Source: Trichoplax sp. H2 (lineage: Eukaryota). Taken from it: a stretch of DNA of 64,000 nucleotides. The notes under the pieces were generated by a model. The model made no database searches. It was not told where the DNA came from and saw only the letters and a list, made by a program, of their open reading frames with translations. Location: contig NOWV01000139.1 in the NCBI GenBank assembly GCA_003344405.1, positions 62,001 to 126,000 on the forward strand. Direction: 5' to 3'. Both the position numbers and the translations under genes were made by a program. Positions 39,988 to 51,619 of the stretch are shown here, one piece after another (position 1 is the first letter of the stretch; every line of letters begins with the position of its first letter).

Positions 39988-40775
39988 CTAATAGTAAAAT
40001 CTGTACGTGGTCATTATAGCGAAATGGATGCCAAATTGCACTGCTGATAATACCAGGCTGATTATACTTAAAGCGTAGAAACGATTGACCTAAAATTGGA
40101 AAAGTTTAAAAGTGCGTACAAGTGTTATAGCAGATTTTATATTGATCATAATAAATATAACTTTTCGGGCAGGTCTAGAGTCATTATAGGCCCAAGTATG
40201 CAACTAAAGATATAATAAAAATCAAACTATCCATACCATTAGCTGGTTAATTTCATTATACCGTAGTATAACAGCAAAGATCCCACCAAAGATATACTGA
40301 GGAAGAATGCAAGAATATCAGTAGATCACCTAGCATTTCATCAATTAGAATAGAATAAATTCTGTATTTGTAATGAAAAACGATACTATAGATATCTAGG
40401 ATTTGAAAGTACCACAATTTTATAATGATAAATTACATGGTACTGAAAAAATAGCCATATGGTTAACTGAAACTTGTACTACTACGTTAAATAGGCCTTA
40501 TCAAGAAAATCCATAGATTAATATCTACTTACAAACAAGGTAATCCATAAATCGATCGATATTAATGTGGCAGGGGTTCTGTTAAATAAAACAATAGAGA
40601 AAACAAGACATCCAAGCAGGCAAAAGACAGACAAAATTATCATCAAAATGGTAATCTTTGATCTTGGACAAATTCGCTTAGGTATAGATCGTTTGGGCAT
40701 GCAAGATGGATAAGCAAATCGGCGAAGTTTCTTTAACTGCTTATCACTAAGTTCTTGGTCAAGTTCCGTAGGCAT
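39988..40775 (-). pseudogene. Divergent MS4A-like paralogue 8, truncated after TM3 (probable pseudogene)
   Basis: Exons 40775-40533 (..ISIDLWITLF), 40296-40237 (YIFGGIFA..) and 40089 onward (VNRFYALSIIS..RFYY*). TAG at 39988-39990 precedes TM4. A TM4-like stretch (FYFFVTVSKGSFC) lies further on in the same frame after a second stop. Confidence 0.65.
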
Positions 40776-43099
40776 TTTTGACGATAAAAAATTTATTTTG
40801 GCTGATGTATTCTTCGAATGTTAAAAGTTTTTTTTAAATGACTTTATAGAAGTTCTCTCAATAGCATATGCAATGTTAGTGAGCTCAAGGAAATTGTACT
40901 CCTCTTTACTTTTACCAGTAAGTTTTATTAGCTTTTATGAAATACATAATCGCATTATATTCTCTAAGCTATAATAATGTAATTGTTATAATACCATAAG
41001 GGGTTTTAATTACCGTCTTGCCTGCCCAAAATAAACAATCTTAAAGATTTAGCATCTTTCCCAGGTGTTTAACATATTCTTAGATGACAATATGAATACA
41101 TATCGGCCGGCAAAAATTATTTTAATTTTATAATAATATCACCAGTGCTAGTCAATATATCGTACAATATAGCGTGTAAAATTACTGCATGATGAAATCT
41201 GGTCGATCTATCTAATGTTGACATACGGTTATAAGAGGTATTACAATTAATAAAGGTATTATAGCAACGAATTCGTGAACATTCTAAAAGTACGATGCAG
41301 TCACGTGAACTAACTCTAGTTTAGCCTTATTGCATTAGTATAATATTTGAAAATATCGAAATTGACTGCATAAGTGATATCATATGCTCTATTTTAATTA
41401 TTTAGTATTCAGAGAATTAAAGATATTAATTCGTGATGGAAATCATCATTTACGCTCACATAGGTCATGAAGGTTCTATTACGGAAAAGTTATGCTTTAC
41501 ACTAGAAATATCAAGAAATTGATGCCTTAACGATGGAGAGTAATAGTCTGTATGACTAGGTATCCGCTAGACATTTACAGGCTATTTTATCTAGATTTGT
41601 TGTAGTCTACTAAGACACATATTGACAATAGTAACTAGTTTCTGAGCTAGTACATTTGATAACTGAAAATTAAACTATAAAGCAAAATATACATTTCGTA
41701 CGGCACTCCTTCCCAAAAAAGCTACGAACATAGTTCAACATGAAACACCATTTAATAACTACTTGCTAATAGCAGCTCAAAATTATAATACATCTTGTGG
41801 AATAGTAATTATGATAGCAAGACATGCAATTATTGGACTTTTTACCATGCTTAAGCTCTCTAACGTATAGACTTATAGATTTAAGCCGACCAAATTAAAT
41901 TTCTTTGCTAAGCGCAAAGTTTTCGCATCAGAAAGGCCAATCTAGAAAATACGTTAGATATTTAATCTTCTCGAATGCCGTAACGTTTAACATTACCAAC
42001 CAATTTTATACAATGAATGCTGAAAACTTAGATTGAACTATCTATATTTACTTCATGGACATATTTACTCCTTGTGAGCTATTACTTAAACTTATCCTAC
42101 TAGAAATCCTAGGCGTATATAAGAGATTTCAAATTTCTAACGACTGAGAATCTGTCGAAAAAGATATTAACCTGAAGGATTATTCTTATCTAACCTTAAT
42201 TCTTAATTTATTTGTTACTGCACCTTCTATTCGGCCATCCACCTATAGCGATACTTACGAGTGTAAATGTTACTATTATTGGCATTAAAAATCTATTTTA
42301 CTCTAGAATCAACTAAATTTTTGGTAAAATTAACTAATAATGAAAGGATTTATTATCATGTTATTCTCATACAGATTTGATTTAGATTTAAAGTTTGTTC
42401 GTTATGGTCTAACTATTATCGTATGATATAATACCGGTTTTATTATAACATTTCTGGCTTACATGAATATTAAACAACCTCTATAGCAATACAGTCTGTG
42501 TTTAGGCACTAGATATGTGCACAAGAAGGAAACACTGATATCAGGGGTTACACATCAGCTGGTAGTTTAATTGTGGTATCCAAAAGTCTTAAAATAATAA
42601 AGTGTTATTGTTATCGTATGATGATTTTATATCTAAAGGCTTGGGCTATGTCATAAACAATGTATCTGTTGATATTTATCCAACAATTTATAAATGATTC
42701 CGAGATACAGCAGCTGCTAAGTGTAATTAGTAACCTACTTAATTAAGTAGTAGGAAGTATCAAGTTCTTTCGTATTTTTATGAATATCACATACATAATA
42801 GGAAGTACAGATTAGTCACAATAGCAATTTATCTTCATTACTCCTTTTAGTTTTTAAGATATTGGCATCATACTGATACGTAATTACTGCTATATTGCTA
42901 GATCATCAATATTAGATTCTTTTAATTGAAAGTTGTCCAAATTCATATATTGGTTTATTAATAATAAGCCACATTACTTTATATACAATAAAATGAAATG
43001 TTATAATTTATTCTTAAAATGCAGATAAAACATAGTAATGTGATGTATAACTATTGAGGATTTCTATTTATTGGCAGATTATATTTTAAATTGTGTGTA

Positions 43100-45320
43100 C
43101 TAAACAAGCTGGGGTGGATTAGCAGACACTGGTTGAGGATACATCATAAATTGTCCATTTTGAGATGGTTGTGCATAAATACTTGCAGCAGGTGGATCAA
43201 TATTTTCTGTCGGAAAAAATTAAAATTTTTGATTAGAGCGATTGCTCATACTTATTTTCAGAGGATCACTGATTATATAGTGTCAATTTTAAAATAAGTA
43301 AGAAACTTAATTCTGTTAGAACATAATATCATTCGAAAAGCAGAATCTTAGTAATTTACGTTCACGACTTTGAACTTTCTAACAGTGATTATATTTGATA
43401 TTGCAGTAATTAGCACTATAATATAGAATAGTTCTTAAGTATTGCAAATGAAATTGTCGTAGTAATTAGACGAAAGCGATTTTATGTAGACTTTATTCAG
43501 GCATTCATTACGGTCGAGTACCAATAGTAGTGGTGAAGGAACTTGATAGACCGTAGCTAGGTTAAATTAAGATAAGTTTTCTTGAACGATTGACCAAAGT
43601 TTTTAAACTACAAACAACTGGATTAGATACTTACCAGGTTATCATTACATTGCAAAGTGATTCTAATGACTTTTACAACCTCATCAACTGCAAAACTTTT
43701 CTTGCTTTAAGCAGGAATTGAATAAATTTTAAAGTCATAGATAAAATGCTCTATTACAGTAATAATTATAATAGCTGCAGAGTACATTCAACTTGAATTT
43801 TCAGCCTTCAAAATATTTAAGAAATGCGCATACAATCTGTAAAGATATCGTTGCACAGGTACAGTATATCGCTACCTTAGTAGTGCAATATTCATAAAAC
43901 TAGGAAATATTTTACCTGTTTGAATAGGATACGGTTGGAATATTACCGTTTGATTTTGTATGTTCCCCTAAACCATTAGCAATTACAACAGTTTGTTACA
44001 TATTTTATATGGTACATTATGAAAGTCTAATAAAATTCACAAGAACTGTCGAATTTGGTGATCGTTAACGTTTATTAAAGTCAATTTTATAATAGTGGCA
44101 TAGATAATGAGTTGCAGCTAGCTTTATGATTTATAATACTAATGCGATATTAAATTATGGCATACGCAAATGGCAACTGAAGGACATTGATTATCTTGCG
44201 GTAATACTACCAGGATGCGTGTAAACTGCATAATATTTATCTTGATAGAAGGTGATGAGCACATGATACAAAATTGACTATAATATTTTTTACTTACACT
44301 TTCAGCAGGTCGGCAGTAGATTGTACGTGAAAGAATAATCATCATGGCTAAGGCTAAGGAAAAAACAACAACTCCTATAAACATCGAGGCGATGTTATGC
44401 CAATACAAATAATAAGCATTGTGGGCAAACATAGATGCCAATGAAATTCCAAATTGGAGTATGGAGAAAAATAAGCTGATTATTACAAAGGCATAGTAAG
44501 AGTTCATCTGTAATAAATTCAAACGTTATTAGTTATTCAAGGCCCATATAGTATTCTATTAATAAGGCACTTTTAAAAGCTAATTATGGCGAGGGTATCT
44601 ATATTAAAAGTCGCATTACTTAAAAGTATGTAACGCCATATCAGACTTGAATATATCAATCAATTGCATATATCTTACCAAATGGTGATTGTCTTTATGA
44701 AAATGAATAGTAGCTGCAAAAATTCCACAAATGCAATACTAAAGAAATTAAATATTCTTCATGAATATCATTTAATGTTAGGCCAGTTGTAAATGGACCT
44801 GTTATTTTTGTCTGCTGATATCTTGACGGTTCACCGATTACAGTACGATATTCATTGGACTACACGGTCGGTATACGAATTATTATTTATGAAATATGAA
44901 TCAACACGGAAATACTGCCAAGATTTAAAAGTATCAAATTATAGAATGCTAAAATTTATTCATCAAGAATCAATAATATCAAAAATTTACTATTCATAAG
45001 TATATTTTAGTTTCTATAATCTAAATAGAATCAAGATAATTAGCAACAGAATTCATATTTAACCGAAAATTAAGTCATCTTACCGAAATCCCAACCCATA
45101 TATCTAATGCTATGACAACAGAAGGGTTGTAGCAATACCCATAGAAGCCGTATCCAATGCCACCTAAGATGATACTGACAAAGCCAATAACTGAAATGGT
45201 GATGCCGATTCCTAAAGATGTAGGACGCAAGTGCAATGGCAATAGGAAGTTGTTGTAATATCTTTGATAACTAAATGATTCTGGCTGGTACGGATGGTGC
45301 CCACTAATTTCAGCAGACAT
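43100..45320 (-). CDS. CD20/MS4A-like four-TM protein, paralogue 9 (~221 aa)
   Basis: Exons 45320-45084, 44738-44679, 44507-44298, 43967-43916, 43206-43100. Open frame. TM2 reads IALDIWVGIS|YCICGIFA. Confidence 0.85.
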
Positions 45321-48300
45321 ATTGGATTAAGTTACTAACAAATTTTATTGTAATGAAATAAGATAATTTATGGGCTAGAACCTGTGAAATTAAATCCAAG
45401 AGATAAAATAAGTCTTTGAACGTTAGCATTCAATATCATAATTTCTTTGATAGTTTATCGTAGAATACGATTATATGATAGGTTAGGCTCGGTGATTACT
45501 CAAAATATTGGCAACGATCAATTGCATACGTAGTTAACAGAGTTTAAATTCAATCTAAGTATGTTTAAATCCTACAGCCCAGAGTACATATAGAATTTAA
45601 TAAAGCACGTATTTCATTACAAAATAGTTATGAGCAACTGGTACGTCTTAATAATAATTCAAAAATATTTTTGATCTCTATCAGTACATATGCTCTACTG
45701 GGCTAGAGGTAAAATTTCGATAAGAAAGATCGATCTTACGTTCAGGGCTTTACTTAGATCTATGAATCTTTTTGCTATTTTAAACGAGTGGAGTGAATTC
45801 TGCTTATAAGTTGACATTAATCTGATGACAAAGCAATAATTTACAAATCAATTTGTTTGCGAATGGAAATTGATACTAGCCATTACAATTACTAAATTTT
45901 CTGCTTTTTCTTTCGGGCAAGAAATTCTTTTACTGCTTTCAATATACCGGTATGTTACTTTTTATCGAAATCATTAGGCTGAAATGACAACAGAGTAATC
46001 GAGTATCTTGAAACATCAAAGAAATAAACTAGTTTCTAGATATATTTTTAAATATAGTGATACTGCCGACGAATGAATGTATTAGTACCAAAATTTTTCC
46101 ATGGGTAGCATCATTTCGTATTAAAGATACGGAGGGTTATAAATTGTAAAGGAATAATTTTTACAACGAGCATTCGATTTGTCTTATGTATCAAGTCATA
46201 AATATTAGTGAAGTACATTTAGTACATACTTTTTAGGCCAGAATATGTATTTCAGTGCAAGAAATATAATATGATGCTGGTCTTCCTCTACATCTATTTT
46301 ATTTTATCCTTTTTATCGGCGAGATGTACTTGGATCTTGTAGCTTATAATAAATGTGGAATAGTCTGCAAGCTAATACGTGATATTCAGTAATTTAAAAT
46401 CTTGAATAGTTTCTATAACGCTACGAACTATCCTTAAAGCCTTTCATGGACGATCAATTACACATTACTTCACATATTTCTTATTATACCGCACCTCTTA
46501 GATTCATGAGCGGTTATATTAGCTATGGTATAGCTAACAATAGCTATGACTTTACAATGCATCCATAACGCAGTAAGTAATTATTTGTTTATATTTTATT
46601 TTCAGAAACAGATCGAATGACTACATCAATAGCGTCATGGCAGAAAATAGCAATATTCACATATTTAACCATATGGTTATAGAATACTCGAATTATACTA
46701 ACAACACCATATAATGCGAAAGGGTAATTACATAGTTTATAACATATTACTACATAAATACCAAGCTGTAGTGCTTACTGTAATTAATAGAAATTACTAC
46801 ACAAGCACATTATGTGGAATATTTCTAGACAATAAACTCAATTAACAGATTATAAGTTGCACCAAAATAGCTGCATTTCACAATCTGCGTAAACATTCTT
46901 GACACTCAGCTACTTCCCGGTCAATCCTGATTAAAAAGGTGGGTCGGTTCTACGTTGCAAACCAATGTAGGTCTTCTAGGTGATAACTCCAAATTTTAAA
47001 ATAGTGTAATAGCTTGTCTGCTACCACTTTTAAGGTTCGTCGCCTATACGTTAAACATAGGCTATAAAATATGATCTACAATTGCTTTATTAACCATAAT
47101 CGACTATTTCACGCCACATAGGCTTTATTTATGCTATTATCGTACTAATGTACTAAAACACATAACTACTGTAGTTAGCTGAAATACTAGAATCACATCC
47201 TTTATATTATATGTTCAGCGTTATAGGCGTCCTCGCATATTATCACTAATCTAAGCGTATGACATACGAATAGAATCATACCGTATCTGCATAGTTGAAA
47301 TCATCTAAGAAAATTCATAGCTAGGAGTAACCTAAAAGATCAGAGTTATAAAATCGCTTATGAAGGGGTAGAATCGTTATGTAAAGGGGCTCATAAACAT
47401 AAAGCATCGGATAAAACGCGTTACCAGTCGCAATAATTCGTTTACAGAGATTATTTTATTAACTTAAATCTGCCTACTTAAGGAATAGTGCTATTGCTAA
47501 TAAATAGTAGCATTCATAATATGATTGGGCAATTCAGTAATATAAGTAAATAACATCATTACGAGCAAGTTTTTTCTTAAGTAATACCATCTTTTTCATA
47601 TTTTGCCTTCACATTATTTTTCGTTCATTGACTTTGAAATCTATCCTTCCCTGTTACTATGTGAATTGAGACCTATCTATATCGTATCGAATAAATTCAT
47701 TAGAAATAGCGTTGGAGGCTGCCGATGGTATTCGATTAGCAGATGGACTCGGATAATTATATGTTGAATCAGTTTTGGGAAGCAAAAAACAGGTTATCCT
47801 TCGTAACGCAAATAAATACCTATAAATTTCACTTTTGAGTGTAAATTACTAGATTGACTTTAAAAATGGCTTCGCTATAATGTCACACTCTACTAATTAC
47901 ATTCTTATATATCATCGATATGCTTGCATTCGCTGTAAATATTTAAGGAGCTATGACTGCACTTGGTATAGCATGTATCACACACACTTGTACCGAAAAT
48001 TACACAGATAAGATAATTTCTGTATTCCTTCACATTGATGTTTTATTACGTTTATTCCTTCCGAATATCAACAAGTACAACGCTACGTGAACTGAGAAAG
48101 ATAAATTAAGAAACAAATAGTAAATCACAGTAATGAAGATAATGTTTAATATACACGTATAATAGTTGCCATTATCTTGACCTTCTGATTCAAGATGATG
48201 GAAGTAGACTGAAAGGCATTTAAATCAGAATAAACTTTGAAGAATTATTAGTAGTTAATTATTACCCACTAATACATTTATAATGGCATCAGTTAAGATT

Positions 48301-48643
48301 CAGTTATGAACTCATATGCTAGCTTATAATTTATAAAATTTTCTGATTACGAAAACGATAATGTTGTGTAAAGCCCAAGTGTGATAATTACTGATTTTAC
48401 ATGCATTTCAGCCGTAAAAGTTTAGAATTTCGTTTGCTAAATGGATATAGTATTGTCATCTCTCTACTACGACTACTTGAAGGAGGCGAAATACTGATAT
48501 TTGGATAGCGTGACACAGAAATTAAAAGTGAGCTGCGATTTCATTTTTCTTTCGACGTTTGTGATCTTATCTATGCTACAGCATGATCAATTCCTTATTT
48601 GTTTATTCAACATTTCTTTAAAATTTTACAATTTTCTGCTCTC

Positions 48644-51117
48644 TTATATTGAAGCCTCAGCTATGCCGGAATTGTATTTTGAATCTACGAAAAAGTAACT
48701 GGATGAAGAAGAAACGATGTTATTGTAGCTATGGGAAGTTGAATCTGTCAAGACATCATTTTGACCACACTTAAGCATCAATTTCGTAAATGAAGTCGTA
48801 ATTCGCTTGGAAAAATTAATTGCTTTATCTTCCGGAATTAATAGAATTAAGAAACTGAAGCTGATGAGAATTGCTCCAACAATTTTTAGGTTGTCAAATG
48901 CAATCTGATGGATTGCAATATCTACAATTGCATTACCAGGTATTCCAAGGAGTAAGCCAATTGCCACATATATCGGATAACTAATTGCCGTTCCTAAGAA
49001 TGTCAGACCAATAATAGCAACGCTTAAAGCAGAGGTCAGGTTAAGTGTATCCCAAGGCATTAAATCCCAGTTTATTGATTCAAATTCAGTAGCTGTAAAA
49101 ACTAGTACAAATATCCACCCAGATAGCATAACTGTCAAACTAACAGCGGTGAGTAATAGTAATGTCTTGCTTATACTAGCGTCAGGGAGTATTTTTTTCA
49201 GATACACCTATGCAAATTTAAAAAGTAAATGCAGGTAGAATTGATATATTAGCTTCGGTTTGAGATAGATTTAATGCTTTTATATTGCAAAGCATTTTAT
49301 TTAGTTAGATCGACTCGCGAGGTTTTTTTCAATAGACTAAATACTGCACATGATGGCAATTTCTACGTACTACCAAGAACTACGGTACCATTTATGTTAC
49401 TCGCACAAATAAGAGCCGGTATAAACAGATATAGAGAATTACTACCGACATCAGCTTCCTTGCTAAAAGTATTCAACTTTGATATTGCATGACTAAAACG
49501 CTTGATGCCTAAAAGGAGTGTTTTTAATTAAAGGATTACCCTGTACAAGGCCGACATTAGTGCTGATATCAACGTGATGACAATTCCTAACTCGTTGGAA
49601 CCATTCTGCTTATATGAACCAGCATAAAATAGTACGCCCCCAATTGCTATAAAAATAGCCATAGTCTGTTGATGATAAAAATAGAAATAGCGGTATTGCT
49701 GATCAGTTTAACGGTATCAAATTGAGAATTATAGGTAAAACAATTTGCAGAGTAGTAACTATAGTTTTAAATAAATGTTTGAAGTATTACCCGTATTAGT
49801 ATCACAGGTTCTCGTAGCCAGGATACCGATAGAATATAGATCAGTGCGATATTTACACTTAAAATAGTTACGTAGTCAGTCAGCGAAACCATTTTGACAG
49901 CGTAGAAGAAAAAGCCATAAGTGCCAGTCAAAAAAATTGTTACTGGAATTATCTTGAAAATGAACCCTTTTAAGTATTGACCCTGATACTGTAAAACAAC
50001 TGAATCTTCCCTATATCCAATATAATTTAACAATTATTATGAATTTAGGGAGTAATATTTACAAAACATCTATATCCAAAGCAATAAATGATACTTTAAT
50101 ACTCACTTCCACATATCTTTTAATGATTTCCCAAATAACATGCCAATCGGACAGTAGATCGGATAACATATGATTGTCCATGATCTAGAATACCTGTTAT
50201 ATGAATGAGATAACAAAATCGATAGCATCAGTAAACCATAATTTTATGTGTTTGTCTTTTAAACTTACCAAGTTGCGAATGCAATAGCAGTAAAATTTCC
50301 TGATGTTAGATCGCGTACAAATTGACCTTCTAGCACAACAGAGACTGCTAATAATAGTACTGCGAATAAACCAGTTGAAGATTTGATAGAATAGTGACTG
50401 CAACGTCGCCTACAAGTTTCATTTTCTAATTTAATTTATTATAAAAAATATTATACCTCTTTAGTGAATGTGGATATTATAGTTAACCGTAAGATTTAGA
50501 TCGTTATAACAGTATAGCATTTACAGCAAGCAATGATATTAAATATAATCATTACATAAGAATTTTAAAATTGTATACCGTAATTAGTTAGAACGCATAT
50601 ATTATAATAATCGATAACAAACAATGCTATCCTCTAACATTGCTGTTTTCCTGCACTTTGCAAAGAAATTATCTTCAACCAACATTACGTTCGCAGGTTA
50701 AAAGTTGTACGAAAAGACGAAATAACTAATCAATTGACTTGATAATACAGCTGAACTGATTTTAGCTATGATAGTTATGAGAAAGGTGGTAGGTTAATGT
50801 AACTGTACTAAGATTGAATTTATTCTAATTAAGAAAGACTTCTAACAACTGTACTTTGCTGACTTTAAGCATCGAAACTGAAATTGCATTTGTTATATAG
50901 GTATTACAACAATAATTATAAGCTGACCATACGGTTAAAAGTCATGCAAATCTTTAGGACTATGCGCTATGCAGGTTAGAGTGAATAAATCATTATTCAT
51001 TTATTTATTTGAATAGAAACGTGGTTCGCATAATTTTAATTTAAAGACATCAACTTCTTGAAGTCATGACCACAAACCTGTCTCGGATATCTCAGTTTGA
51101 TTTTCGTATTCTCTCAT
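48644..51117 (-). CDS. SLC35F3/F4-like (EamA/DMT superfamily) transporter, copy 1 (~397 aa)
   Basis: Exons 51117-51078, 50425-50269, 50193-50107, 50010-49791, 49665-49540, 49207-48644, phases consistent. About 10 hydrophobic segments. SYPIYVAIGLLLGIPGNAIVD resembles SLC35F3/4 TYPxLxSLGxVLSIPxNAxxD. Confidence 0.85.
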
Positions 51118-51619
51118 GGTTACTTTATAGAGGACTATAGTTATCGATAAATAAGAATGAAATAGTCACTGTGAGTGATTTTGATTTGTAGCAAAGCCCT
51201 TGATCCGCATCCGAACTTTATTAAGTCACAAAAATTTGATGTTATATAGGTAGAAGTTAGCCTTTATAATATTCAATCATATAGGCAGAGCTTTGTTTAC
51301 TTATTTTATTTCTCAAAACCTTGTTCGCATGTAAAGATCATTAAGGTATCAAATGCTCATGTTTATCATTGAGGATTATATTATCAACGGAATGATTGAT
51401 CTTAGTATCTTATGATGCATTAAATATATATAAATCTATTCGACCTTGTATTAAATGCTATGCGAAATGCAACTATCAACTGCTCCAATTGTTGAGAAAA
51501 TTTTATTAAATCGTGATCTACATAAATTGTGTTACTTCTTATCTATTTGGTCTAACGGGAATGCTAGCAATATTCAAGGTGGCAATCGTTTAGCTGAATG
51601 TTTTGTAGCTCTCATTGAG

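Noticed and set aside
47700-47825. ALEAADGIRLADGLG*LYVES..ILRN resembling a copia pol segment
   Set aside because: No upstream DSGA protease motif and no downstream continuation. Likely chance.
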